A DNA stretch of 63,912 bases, counting the filler, from Choristocarpus tenellus KU-1152 (Eukaryota; Protista; Phaeophyceae): assembly GCA_964200185.2 (NCBI GenBank). It is 15 parts of 15 records of this genome, joined end to end, with 100 filler letters (N's around TTAATTAATTAA, not from the genome) between each part and the next. Parts side by side here need not be neighbours in the genome. Positions count along the whole stretch, not along the records: positions 1 to 2,740 come from CAXNAD020025164.1; positions 2,841 to 6,918 come from CAXNAD020016339.1; positions 7,019 to 10,626 come from CAXNAD020018979.1; positions 10,727 to 18,220 come from CAXNAD020006072.1; 11 more parts are not named here. One strand, given 5' to 3'. Shown piece by piece: positions 1 through 12,112 of the stretch (positions are counted from its first letter, which is position 1; the number at the start of each line of letters is the position of its first letter). The translations under genes were made by a program, and so were the position numbers. The notes below the pieces were generated by a model that saw nothing but the letters and a program-made list of their open reading frames with translations, searched no databases and was not told the origin of the DNA.

Positions 1-522
1 TTCAAAGTTCTTTCATGTGATACTCAACGAAAGAAGTCCATGGTCTGTGGAGAGGCTTGTTACCTTGACTGGGAAGGGTTTCCGCGGATGGTTTTAACTC
101 TGATTTATACTACATCCAGGTGTGCAGCTGGTGCACTCATTGCAGAGCGAGGGCATCAATGGCAGTCACGACAGAAATAATAATCAACCATCAACGTACA
201 ACTGTCATCTTCTACTGATAAGAAGAAAGAGTGAAAGAAACACAAACAAGAGAACAACAGAACAAACTTGAACCAACATGTGATGCAACTCAAGTGACAT
301 ATACTATGCTATACTATACTATACTATACTATACTATACTATTTGTGTGGAACGCAGAGTGACTGTTCTGTACCAAGGTGTCCTGATTGTAGTTGATGTG
401 GTGATGACGAACTTGTGAAAGTAACGTCCAGAACTTAACAGACCAATCAACAGTCAGTGNNNNNNNNNNGTGGAACTGTATCGTATCAAGGAACAAACAG
501 ATGAGTAGCCTATGTTTTAATA
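1..522 (-). mobile_element. LTR family 1 (partial copy, reverse orientation) inserted into a Copia integrase
   Basis: Reverse complement begins (T)ATTAAAACATAGGCTACTCATCTGTTTGTTCCTTGATACGATAC and matches copies at 6350, 6730 and 61739-62508. Contains an (ACTAT)n tract at ~301-342. Confidence 0.75.
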
Positions 523-1446
523 GTCTCCACCTAGAACACCACGGAGCAACGGGATCGCGGAAAGGGCGACAAAACAACTCATGGGCGCAGCAAGGAGTGA
601 GCTGGTGAAGGTTGGCCTGGGCGATGAGTGCTGGTTCTATGTCATCATGGACATCGCTTCAAAATTGGAGGCATGCCACATGAATACCTGGGAGGAGAAA
701 TACTATGCAAGCGTCTGACGGGCAAAACCCTCAACTATGATAGGCTTCGGGCCTGGGGGAGCAAGTGCTACGTCCACCAAGAGAAACAGCAGAGGGGATC
801 CGGTTCGAAGTTTCACCCGTATCCTAAGTGAGGGATCTTCATGGGACATGATTGTACATCACTGTGTTGGTATATCTGGCTTCCTCAAGAGACCAAGTTA
901 GTGACCTCAGCCCAAGTGACATTCGAGCCAGATGAACAAACCGTGGACTTTGTGGTGGAGAGACAGGCCATGACTTTGACCAACAATGACGATATCTCTG
1001 ATAATGATGAAGAATCTAATGGGGATTCCAATAGTGCAGCCGATTCAATACCGTGTGCAACAACCCCGAGTAAGAACCCAACAAATTCACCTACTGAGTA
1101 ACGGAGGTCAGCCAAGATAGCTGAACAACCGAGGGTGGACTACAGGGGTTACACTCTGGAGATACCCAGGAACTGGGAGAGAATATAGTCAATCTACTCT
1201 GAGCAAGCACAGATGACGCTTACTGTTTGATGGGCATGGCAGGGGACATCTCTATAGGCCACCAGAAACCATCAACTATCGCAGAAGCCCTTGCAGGGCC
1301 TGATACAGAACACTGGCAGGAGGCAATGGCGCAAGAAATGGAGGGACAACGAAGCAAAGGAACTTTCCATGACGGAGAGAGTCTGCCACCGGGGAGGAGA
1401 TAGTCAAAACCAGATTCATCTTGAAGATAAAAAGGGCAGTCGATGG

Positions 1447-1635
1447 AAATTTTGGCTATCGTGTTTGTTAGGAAGTGTCAATATCTATGTTTCGGATACA
1501 CCTTTTCATAACCTACACATTTTAACTACTTTTTCAAAATTTGGAGTAGGTAATGTGTCATAAAAAAACCCATGGGATTCGAGCCCCAAATGGACAAACG
1601 GGGCGAAACTCGTACCCTCTAAGATACTTTCACCC
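1447..1635 (+). mobile_element. MITE family A, 5'-truncated copy
   Basis: Ends in TACCCTCTAAGATACTTTCACCC. Removing it restores Copia ...VDG|NIERFKARL. Confidence 0.85.
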
Positions 1636-2382
1636 AACATTGAAAGATTTAAGGCCAGGCTGGTGGCACGGGGTTATTCCACCAAGAAGGGGTCGACTAT
1701 TTCAGCATGTTCAGTCCAGTGGTGGGATTTGACGCGATTCATGCAGTCCCAGCTACAGGGGCCGACGGAAACTGGGTCATCAACTCCCTAGACTTCACTC
1801 AAGCCTATGTGAACGCACCACTCCCTGAAGATGTATGGCTACAACTGCCCAATGGGTCCATTGTGAAAGCTGCCAGAGTCATTTATGGGCCGAAGCAATA
1901 AACAATGGAGTGGTACAGGAAGTTTAAGGGGTCAACATTAGATGAGGGGTGGAGTGTCAGCAACTTCGATGCCTGTCTGTACGTGAAGAGGAGCGACGAT
2001 GGTCCAGTCGCTATCCTCTTCCACTCTGTGGATGGCATCTCCTTGACCGGAGACTTTGATGAGAAAATAGAGCCGATGAAGAGACCCATCTGCTGGCCAT
2101 ATACGAGGGATGGGACTTCGGGGCTCCAGACAAGTTAGTTGGGGTGGCAATCAACCGGGACGAGGCTGGCATCACACTGGACCAGCATTTCTATGCACAG
2201 AGCATTGTTTGCGAGGGAATGGGATCGACAGATGTACGAAATACCTCATCACCCTTGGAACCAGGAATGGAGCTGGCCCCGAGGAGAACTGACGAGGAGG
2301 AGCTGGACCAGAGGTACAGACCTTACCTAACCATTTTGGGGAAAGGTATGTTCCTAGCTGGCATTACGCGACCAGACCTGTC

Positions 2383-2649
2383 TGTTAAAGTATCTCCCAA
2401 ATCATCAAGGAGGATAAAGGTGATAAACCCAGCGAGATTGCTTGGTGTCTATAGAGTGATTAATTAAAGTTAAGTGGGGTATGCAGCACCTCATAAAATC
2501 ATACATATTTCCTTTTATATGAGATTTTTCCTCATGCAACTAATCACTAGTAAAAAGTTCTGATAACTCAACCACTATTTGGTTGTTCCTTTACTCCGTA
2601 CATATTTTACCGTAACTGTCCGAAAGAGTTGGAAGAGTCTAATTGAACA
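2383..2649 (-). mobile_element. Solo LTR, LTR family 2 (267 bp)
   Basis: TG...CA termini with perfect 5-bp TSD CTGTC (2378-2382 and 2650-2654). Splits the Copia RT at RPDLS|NSVR. Reverse-complement homologue at 39581-39847. Confidence 0.88.
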
Positions 2650-2740
2650 CTGTCCAACAGCGTGCGGGAGCTGGGAAGATACAGTGTTCTACGATACCTA
2701 GCAGGCACCAAAAGTGGGGATACACTATGGGTCAAAGTAT

Positions 2741-2840
2741 NNNNNNNNNNNNNNNNNNNNNNNNNNNNNNNNNNNNNNNNNNNNTTAATTAATTAANNNN
2801 NNNNNNNNNNNNNNNNNNNNNNNNNNNNNNNNNNNNNNNN
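2741..2840. other. Artificial contig linker N44-TTAATTAATTAA-N44 (first of 14)
   Basis: Identical 100-bp linkers start at 2741, 6919, 10627, 18221, 21883, 26193, 29371, 32186, 35350, 41445, 46176, 50265, 57180 and 60859. The core places stop codons in all six frames. Confidence 0.97.
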
Positions 2841-3149
2841 CCCCGATACTTTGAGCCAGGAAACTAAGTTTGCGCCATTGGGAAGCGCGCTGCGAGTTGT
2901 GCTGACTCGGAAAGAACGTGAGTCTATGGCTGATCTCCAGGTGAAGACCTTTCTATAATGTATGAAGAAATATCTTAGCACGAAAAATTTATGGATTTTT
3001 TCCCGTATCAAGGCCTGCCATACTCCAAACACTTCTTGCAGGAATAGGTTGCACATACCATCCCCAAATATTTGCATCGCATCAAATCGGTCACAATACG
3101 CTGCTTGCGTACTAACAAAAGTCCAACATGTACCGCCCCTGCCCATACA

Positions 3150-3758
3150 CATACTGACTTTATCTATACTGCTCAGGATTGGACGGATAGGGATGGCAGG
3201 GTGCACAGTAACACGTTCACCGAACTTCTCCAAAACGAAACATTTGGAACCCAGGAGATAGTTCACCTTCCAGCTTACAAGGTCGACCGCTGTGGATGAC
3301 ACGACCCATGTGTCACGAACATCAGTGTCATAAAGTCCATGCACAGGTCCTTCACTTGCCGATGCACCAACGGAGACTCACGTACGTTGATATACACCTA
3401 GATGTCGTGCTACTGCACGAACTGTTCCACCGGCAACGTCACCAACCTCTAGTGGCAACTAACCCACGTGTCCCCACTGAAGGAGATATACCTCGGATTT
3501 CCCACAGAGGTAGGAATGGGCGATATATATCTGAGGAGCCACCTGTCGAGGAAGAAGAGACAGCTCGACGAGGGGGGCATATGCATTGTGCGAACGCAGC
3601 CACTAGAGAACAATGGGCTAGAGTTCTTGCCGTTCACTGTGCACGGTAAGGACATGGTTCAATCGGATGCCAGGCACCATTCCAGCTAGAGAGAGATGTT
3701 CAGTGCTGGCGATGAGGTGGTCTATGTCACCGAAGACTTCGAGGTATTGAAGTGCCAG
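3150..3758 (+). pseudogene. Decayed DNA-transposase C-terminal region, Sola2-like candidate (copy 1)
   Basis: One frame through in-frame stops: QEIVHLPAYKVDRCG*HDPCVTNISVIKSMHRSF..LIYT*MSCYCTNCSTGN..LKEIYLGF. Homologous to 37370-38030. The superfamily call rests on recalled motif resemblance only. Confidence 0.5.
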
Positions 3759-3759
3759 C

Positions 3760-3831
3760 TACATCAAAATTGCAACATTGGGTTTTGCCTTCCAAATGGA
3801 CGCAGCTCTACCCTCTAAGATACTTTGACTC
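3760..3831 (-). mobile_element. MITE family A terminal fragment
   Basis: CCAAATGGACGCAGCTCTACCCTCTAAGATACTTTGACTC, lying at the junction between the transposase relic and the Gypsy chromodomain. Confidence 0.8.
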
Positions 3832-4870
3832 TTCAGCTTTATTAACTGTTTACAGAGAAAGACGGGGGCATCCTCTAAAATTAAAGAAAGTGGCTCCCAT
3901 GTCCTCTCGTCCTCACTAAATCCCAACCAATCCACCGAAATCTGGCATTCATACCCTTCTACCCTATGCACTGTCATAATATCAGATGTTTCAAATTTCC
4001 CCTGGTTTTGAATGTACTGGAATGTTGGCTTCATCTCTGTGGTCACGTTCAGCTCCTTGTCTACATAGAACCACAACCTCTTGAGCCGCTGCCCCATTGC
4101 TGCTCTGCAACGATGCCCATTTTTGCCCATGTGTGCACCCACCATCAGGTATGTCCGCAGATCCTTTGCCTTATCAGGCATCCACTGCGGGGCTGTAACT
4201 TCAGCACCCCCACCTGTATCATGCCATCCTGGTCATGATGTACACGGCCATCAGATGTCATGAATCCTCCACTTTCATGCACCGTCACACCCCCCAGGGC
4301 CTTGCTGGCCACTAGTTGTGCCTTATACACCACTGCTCTCGATATCAGGGTGTATCCTCTCCCTGCACCCTTGTAGACACGGCTACAGCTCGCACCACCA
4401 CCTTATTCACAGTAGTCCAGTGTAGCTGTGATCCCCGGAAAGAACTACTCTGGAATCCCAGCGACTCATGGCCCATATTATCCATTGCCACCCCTCCATT
4501 CAGTTAACCTGAGGGATCTGTGTAATAAAACACCCCCAGTGCTTGTCAGAGGCGTCTGGAGACATCAGCACAGCACACTCCTCCGTGGGGTGTGAGAGCT
4601 CCACTGCCCGTGAGACAATGTTCCCTGTACAGAAATCCATCACCAGGCGGTAGCCTCACCCCTAAGGCTTGGGCAAAGGCAATGATGGGTTGCTCCATAC
4701 ATCCTGTGGGGTCCACCTCATCATCCTAATTAGGAACAACAGGCCCACAAATCCTGCCATCCAGCTCTGTGGCTTCGGACAGGATGCCCTGAGTCTGACC
4801 TTCACAGGAGTCACCCCTTCCTTCAGCACCACCCAAATGGGCTCCACCTTGGCGGGCGGACTACGCCCCA

Positions 4871-5137
4871 GAGTGAAACTATCTTAGAGGGTACGAATTT
4901 TTCCCCGTTTGTCCTTTTGTGGGGCTTGGCTTCCCATGGGTTTTTTTATTACATTTTCCGACTCCAAAATGTTTCGGAGTAGGTGAGTAGGTGAAATGTA
5001 TACATTATGAAAGGTGTGTCCGAAACATAGATATTGACACTTCCTAGAAAACACGATAGCCAAAATTACATCAAAATCACAACATTGTAATTTGACCCCA
5101 AACGGAAGCGGCTCTACCCTCTAAGATACTATGGCTC
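4871..5137 (-). mobile_element. MITE family A, full-length copy
   Basis: TIRs GAGTGAAACTATCTTAGAGGGTA...TACCCTCTAAGATACTATGGCTC with 4-bp TSD CCCA (4867-4870 and 5138-5141). Confidence 0.88.
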
Positions 5138-5275
5138 CCCAAGAATACCCGAAACACATTGGTCCGGGTTGCTATCACTTGTTGTAGGCGCCCCCAGGCA
5201 CTCGAGGGCATCCTGGCCCGTTGTGCCTCTTGAAAGGACGTTTCTAAGGCCAAGCCCCGCATTTTTTTTCCTCCA

Positions 5276-5537
5276 GAGAGTGAAAGTATCTTAGAGGGTA
5301 CAAGTTTTGCCCTGTTTGTCCATTTGGCCCTTGGCTCCCCATGGGTTTTTTTAAAGATATTTTCCTACTCCAAAGTGTTTCGGAGTAGGAAAAATGTATA
5401 TATTACGAAAAGGTGTGTCCGAAACAAGGACATTGACACTCCCTAACAAACACGATAGCCAATTTTTCATCAAAATCACAACAATGGATTTTGACCTCCA
5501 AATGGACGCAGTCCTACCCTCAGAGATGCTTTGGCTC
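5276..5537 (-). mobile_element. MITE family A, full-length copy
   Basis: TIRs (GA)GAGTGAAAGTATCTTAGAGGGTA...TACCCTCAGAGATGCTTTGGCTC with TSD TCCA (5272-5275 and 5538-5541). Confidence 0.85.
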
Positions 5538-6349
5538 TCCACTGCAGGGTCCATCATGACCTCAGGGCCTTGCTCCTGCAGTGTAGAGACAGAACCAGTC
5601 CCCATGCTCTCCTGCAGCACCTCCACACTAACACTCATATACCACATAGAAGCAATATCTTCTTCCCAGATATGCAATGTGCAGTTCTGTCTTCATTCGG
5701 GCCGGCTCTTTGAAGGATTGCTTCATGTCAAAGTCTACCACCTCCCACAATGTCTTGCTGCCCAAAATTAACACATCATCATTGCCTGGTATAACTGCCA
5801 AGACAATATTTCTCATCACCACAGGCCCATAGCCCGAGTGGAGTGCCACATTTAAATCCTCGGTGTAACACTTCCTGTACCACAAATGGTCCAAAGTACA
5901 GTCCTACTCATACACACACCCCTTTTTATGGCTCTTGCTTGTCCTGTCTACCGTTTTTGGCGCACACACACGCCAAACACCAAGCTTTCCATCAAAGCTG
6001 TGAGCCGACTCTGGGCAGGCGTTGGCTACAATGATCATGGTTTTGGGGATATGACTCTTGTGCTGCACAGTAGGCCACCCTGGAAGGTCGTTATCGTCTT
6101 CATGCGGAAATACCCTAACCCTTTCCCCATCCACCATAACATAAGACTAGGTTTCATCCACCTGCGTCGTGTTCGCCATGGGGGCGTACACACCACGTTT
6201 CTGGTCCACTTGATTTCAGTAAAGCCCATTCTCCATTCTTTTTGCTACGATTTAAATTTGGGTTTGATCCAGCGGCGATTCGGCATGGCCCCCATATCAT
6301 CCAACCGCCTGTTTATGGTGCTCGTGCTACAATTCAACCCTATTGCGGC

Positions 6350-6918
6350 TGTTAAAACATAGGCTACTCATCTGTTCGTTCCTTGATACGATACAACGAC
6401 ATATATATAGTTTTCATTGGTTTCACCCCTGACACATCTGCAAAATGTCAGAGGGCATAATAATAAAATACTGTTCCACCAGTCAACACTGAATGTTGAT
6501 TGGTCTGTTACTCACAGGTCGTTACCGTCACTAGTTCATCATCACCACATCAATTACCGTCAGAACATCGCAGTACAGAACAGTCGCTCTGCATTCTACA
6601 CACAGGAATCGTATGCGTCACTTGAGTTGCATCACATACTGATTCAAGTTTGTTCTGTTGTTATCTTTTTTGTTCTTCTCTTGTTTTCTCTCTCTTTCTT
6701 CTTCTTATCAGCAGAAGATGACAGTTGTATGTTAAAACATAAGCTCTACTCATCTGTTTGTTCCTTGATATGATACAGTTCCACCAGTCAACACTGTGAC
6801 TGTTGATTGGTCTGTTACGTTCTGGACGTTACTTTCACTAGTTCGTCATCACCACATTAACTACCATCAGAACACCTTAGTACAGAACAGTCACTCTGCA
6901 TTCCATACAAATTGTATA
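6350..6918 (+). mobile_element. Two nested partial copies of LTR family 1
   Basis: TGTTAAAACATA(G/A)G starts at 6350 and again at 6730. The second copy interrupts the first after GACAGTTGTA. Confidence 0.75.
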
Positions 6919-7794
6919 NNNNNNNNNNNNNNNNNNNNNNNNNNNNNNNNNNNNNNNNNNNNTTAATTAATTAANNNNNNNNNNNNNNNNNNNNNNNNNN
7001 NNNNNNNNNNNNNNNNNNAAAAAAAAAAAAAAAAAGAAAAAAAAAAAAAAAAGAAAGAGGAGGGGGGGGGGGGGGGGGGTTGATTGCAGGTGAGCTGTGC
7101 ACTGTGTGATTCGACAGTACACTTCTCAATGGCTTAAAACCCCTTGCTCTACAAACCATCACAATGTAATACACAGCATCTAAAGCTTGTGTCCTACCCA
7201 AAGGCATGAAATGGGCTTGAATGCCAATTTTGTTGCTGACTCCCAAACTACGTGCTCTTCCTGCCTAGAGCAGCAACATCCTCTACGATGCAGAGGGAGA
7301 ACACCTTGCTGTAAGGCGTACAGTCTTTGTTTTCAAATATCAGATGCTTAAGAGTTGAGTGAGAAAGGAATTCTTGGAATACATATGTTCATCATCTCGT
7401 GCTGTGAATAGACATGGCTGGAATCATATATCAGAAGGGTAGCTCACACACATCAAAGGAAGTTAGATTTGTTGCTCTTGCTGGAAATACGGACATAAAA
7501 GTTGTTACAATCGAGGGAGGAGGGGGGACTTGCCAGTGCATGCAACATCAAGAGTATCTTATCTCCCAGGTGTACAGGAGCATCAAGCACAAACAATTCC
7601 AACATGATCTCACAAGAGCACAGAAAAGCTCTTGGCAGTTAAAGGGTCAAAGCGCTGCAGTCAAATTGCAACGATTAACAGACCTTCGTATCCTATCAGT
7701 CTCATAAATCACTTCATCTGATGTTGGCACAGTAACTGTGGATTACTCAGTAAACTTCCTTCTCGTATCTCTTTCTTGCATGACATGAGCTCAC

Positions 7795-8583
7795 CGGCGT
7801 TGTTTTGTTCTTGAGTATGGCACTCAGCGAAATCTCCTTGGGTGCTTGACCACTTGTGTCTGTCAGCATAACTGCCAACAGCCTGTGGTCCACAGGGCAC
7901 ACCAGAAGTCACCACAGAACAAACAACGGAGCAACTGTAAGCAACATGAATCAGAATGCATGTCGAGACCAATGCTTGGATTCCTTCAGCCCTTTACCAG
8001 TCCCCTAAACCACTTTCCCCCTAACCCTAACCACAACAGTCCCACAAAAGAAATATTTCCCTTGAGTGTTCTCAAAAATGAACTAACACTGGTGAGATAA
8101 GTGGCTCCTGCAATCAGTATATCAATTGATAGACATATAGGTACGGGGTATCACATACAGACAGGTGTCAGTGTGTACCCATACAGAGAGGATACGGCAT
8201 AGGAAGTTTGTTGGGGACACCAAGCAGAATCGTGCATCAGCCATCCTAAAACAGGAAGCGTTCCTGCATTCCTCCTCCAAAGGACCTCTGAGGTCATTCC
8301 CTTCTAACTTGAACAACCACAGCAACACAACAACGGCATGTTACAATCATACTATTCAATATACTTGGACAGTCCATCCCAAGCTGAGGGTGAAGGTGAA
8401 GGGGGGCCCACCAACATACCTAAATGTCTCCTGGAGCTCTGATGGTGCAGTAAGGTTAAGCAGAGTCAGCTGGCTCAGCTCCGCCTTTGTATAGCCACTG
8501 AGCTCCTCAAACCTCTTGTTACAATTCACCAATCTTCCCTCGACAGTTGCCACAGCCATACCCACACACCCATGGAGGAACAC
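7795..8583 (-). CDS. PAS-domain protein, two internal exons (possibly a bHLH-PAS type factor)
   Basis: Exons 8583-8420 and 7882-7795 have GT-AG sites and matching phase. They join to VFLHGCVGMAVATVEGRLVNCNKRFEELSGYTKAELSQLTLLNLTAPSELQETFRLLAVMLTDTSGQAPKEISLSAILKNKTTP, a PAS core. Confidence 0.8.
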
Positions 8584-10785
8584 CTACAACAGGACATGAA
8601 AAAAAAAAGAACAAAGACACAAAGNNNNNNNNNNTTTGCATGTTTTTTTCCGAATTCCAAGTCAAAGTTTTCATTTAGCAAGTACTCAACAAAGATATAC
8701 ACCTACAACAGGAAATGAAAAAAAAAAGAACAAAGACACAAAGGGTGGAGGTACTCACTGATGGGACAAGTTGGATAGGAGTTGAACGTTGGAGGTGTCG
8801 TATGTTTGTGTAGTGTGAGAGTGTACAATGCATGGATCATATCCAACATGGAAATTGAAAGCAGGGTAAGGACAGGGGTTTGTGATGGGGAGAGGCACCA
8901 GGGTGCCATCAATGTCTCTTCTACCCTCCACAAGAAAAATCATGGTTGAGCCTTCCTATTCCATTGCATAGACACAGAGTGCTCTGGGTCTTTCCACAGC
9001 CTGCTACAGAGCAGAAAAAGAGCGATGCCCTGTTGGCAAAGATTGAATGCGTATCTCACTCCAACTGTAAGTACAGTATTCCCACTCCATAATGAAAAGT
9101 GCAAGAGCAAAACTACACCCCTTTGCAAACCCTGATCATCAACTATGACTTCCTCTTTTCAGCATCAGTTCAAACAGTCTACGGGGCAAAAGCACAACAT
9201 CAGGAAGGCGTTTCTTGCGGCTTCACAGCAGGCAGTATAGAGGAGGTAGGCCAAAGTTGGATTTCGCCAAGGCTTTAGGCTAACCTCATGATGGGTTCTT
9301 TCAAGAACCCCACAAAAATATTGAAAATCTGATACCATCTTGTGCCTTTACAGTGAGTCCCTCGAACTGCTGGAACTAATGCTGAACAGATGAAGTATCT
9401 ACAAACAGATCACAGGGTGTTCCATACACCCCTCACCTATGCTAAACAAATTAAAAGGGGGGAATTACAGGATGTAACTATTCTTGAGTGCTGTTACCTA
9501 ACAACCTGGTACCGGTTCCATGTCTACTGCGGAGCATTATGCATCCACAGTCATCGAGAAAGTGTTTTCAATTCTCTATCCTTCAAAAAGGGGTTTTTGT
9601 ATTTTCAGTTCGCCTTTCTGATACATTTACAAATTCAAATCTCGAGAACATTCGTAAGGAATCCCTTACATTCCAAGAACTGAATAGCTTTCCAGCATAA
9701 ACACCAAAGTACTCTTCTTACATTTTAAAGACCTTTTCTCAACGGAATTGAAACAGTTCAAAAACTTACGCCCTCAAAGAACACCTTGATTAATGACTAT
9801 CCGGACGCAGTCCCCATTGCCCAGCATCTCTCACCAAAACAACACCAGGACAAGCATAAAGAGAGGTTAGGAAGCTCTCCCATCCCATGAGGTCACCAAT
9901 GATTACAGCATTTCCCCACTCTGGTCACAGTATATCTTCCACACCTCTAATTGGTTCACACCGTACAAATGCTGTTACATCTGCAGCACCTCAAGAACAC
10001 ATAAATTTACAAAAAAAAAAACACACTATAATACGGAGTAGTTCAAACCTAGATGCTCGAGCACAAGGCAAAAGATGAGCCACCTGCTTCTTGGCATACA
10101 CACCCGGGAAGACCACTAAACTCAATAATGCACAGCAGCTTCTATGGTAGTGTGTCACAAGGCACTGCTTTGTGCCTATTTGATTTTAAACTGTGGTCTC
10201 ATGCACAATGCCAAGAGTAGAACAGAAGGTTTATAGTGCAGGGAAGGCGGCAGGTCTACTCTTACTGGTTGAATCACAGAGACAAGACAAGATGTTTGTT
10301 CCACTGGTGCACTTGTTTCTTTTTATACCCAGGCCTCCAAGCCGAAAGGCCTGGTTCTCCCTTTCCTATGACAACCCTTGTGCCCCCATTAGACCATAAA
10401 ACATCAGTCAGTGAGATGCAAGCTTGTGCACTACATCTCCCCATTGCAGCACTACTCTATCATCTCTTCACCTGCTTGAAGTCAACGCTGTTTTTTTCCA
10501 CCTCCATCCCCATGCCATCTATCCCTATCGCGTCTGACTCCAGACACGACTCAGAAATCCACCTTTTTGGAACAAAACACAGTCAAACAAAAAACACCAC
10601 ACATAAGAGTGTGTGGGAGGGGGGGGNNNNNNNNNNNNNNNNNNNNNNNNNNNNNNNNNNNNNNNNNNNNTTAATTAATTAANNNNNNNNNNNNNNNNNN
10701 NNNNNNNNNNNNNNNNNNNNNNNNNNGGGGGGGCTGGAGTTCGTTCGCGTCCTCCCCCCCTTCATCTCCCCCCCCTCTTTTTTTT

Positions 10786-10816
<31 letters not shown>

Positions 10817-12112
10817 AGCACAATCACGAAAAAAAAGACACCCCTCGACTAGACTAGAAGAGAGGAGCTTTCTAGGACTTCTTTCAAAGGGTAAAAACAT
10901 TTATTTTGCACAGAAAAATCAAAATTTGCAGCAACCAAAAAAGAAAATTCTCAAAGCCTTGAGAATTCGTTCAAATCAAGGCCTCATTGATTTGCACTCT
11001 GACTGGCTACTCAACTGAGGGTGAGAGGGAGGGCGCTCATTGGTCTAAAGCAGTTCTTGCCTCACTTAATGCAAAAATAAATAAATGCATTCTTGCCTCA
11101 CTGCTACTTCAGAACGGGTCGGCCCGAAGCTCTGTTGAACCAATGCAAGGACGGCATTTCTTAGGTTGGGGCGGGGCACCAATGAAAATCCTCGCTCCTA
11201 ACTCAAAACAAAAAATGGGTACAATTGAGAGGTGTATATATATATATATATATATACCTTTTTCTTTTTTTTTTCCGCACTTGTTGCGCCCTGAATTCCC
11301 CCGCAAAGTCGAGTCATTCAGATGAACAATAAAATATGATCTTAAGACCTCTCTCTCGATGCAAGGAGCTATTATCTTAAAAAATAAAATATTATCTTAG
11401 ACCGCATCCACTGACTGCAGCGTAGACATTTGACTGTTAGGAAAGGAATGGGGAATGACGAAATTGACGGGATGACTGCTTACCGTTGGAGGTTGATGAT
11501 TGGTCGATTGAGGCCGACGGGAATGATGAGACTGGGGACGGAACGATGACGTTCGAATGACGGGTACAGATCTCCACCACTTCAGGTCTAGCGATAGCAC
11601 GAATACAATGTTTAATACACTTTTAAATCTCGAAACGGATGGAAAGATGTCATTGAATTACAGATGACACCACGTCGGACTCAATCGACCAAGTAAGACC
11701 CCAACCCTAACCCAAACAACCCCACATTGGGTCCTTGAGGTCCTATGAAGGGAGAGGACTGCCCGTGTGTGCGTGTGTGTCCCCCTACAAGACTCTGGAG
11801 CCACCATCACGCTATCAAACCAGTTTAAAAAACAAGAACAAGAACAAGAAGAATTCGGGGCGCGGGCGTGTGCGCCAGTGGAGGGGCAGAGTGTGCAGGA
11901 TTTAGACACAAACGTACCCATCTAAGTATGAAAGGAAGTTCTTGGGATCGGGACGTGGATTCAGGTATGCCACTGTTATGTAAGTAGTGTTTCTTTAAAT
12001 CATGAACATTTAAAGTACTGTGTTATGTATGTATATACGCATGTATGGGGATTTTGTCTCTTCTTTGTATTACTACTTGTATTATTATTATTATTATTAT
12101 TACTACTCTTGC

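Larger units (their letters stand above)
523..2720 (+). mobile_element. Degenerate Ty1/Copia retrotransposon pol (integrase C-terminus, SH3-like region, reverse transcriptase), Copia family 1
   Basis: Fragments LRAWGSKCYVH, NIERFKARLVARGY, FSPVVGFDAI..LDFTQAYVNAPL.EDVW..IYGPKQ, DACLYV and RPDLS|NSVRELGR, with stops and frameshifts. Interrupted by a MITE (~1447-1635) and a solo LTR (2383-2649). 523-1190 aligns with 63160-63810. Confidence 0.9.
3832..5890 (-). mobile_element. Heavily deleted Ty3/Gypsy retrotransposon with C-terminal chromodomain
   Basis: Minus-strand fragments in Gypsy order: protease end (VIPGNDDVLILGSKTL), RT N-terminus (VLKEGVTPV..WSNP..PKP..GYRLVMDF), RNase H (PDASDKHWG..FRGSQLHW) and chromodomain (ISVDWLGFSEDERTWEPL). 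Confidence 0.85.

Noticed and set aside
2741-2840. Recurring TTAATTAATTAA palindrome as a biological motif
   Set aside because: It is always centred in exactly 100 bp with flanking Ns, so it is an artificial all-frame-stop linker. Gene neighbourhoods across linkers were not interpreted.
5351-5771. Recurrent short ORFs such as SESILEGTRFA / LLGSVN..SDTPF..PKHFGVGK
   Set aside because: They are chance translations of non-coding MITE family A.
8581-8743. Duplicated splice-acceptor region of the PAS exon (alternative exon?)
   Set aside because: The ~43-bp duplicate flanks an internal N gap and is most simply a scaffolding overlap.
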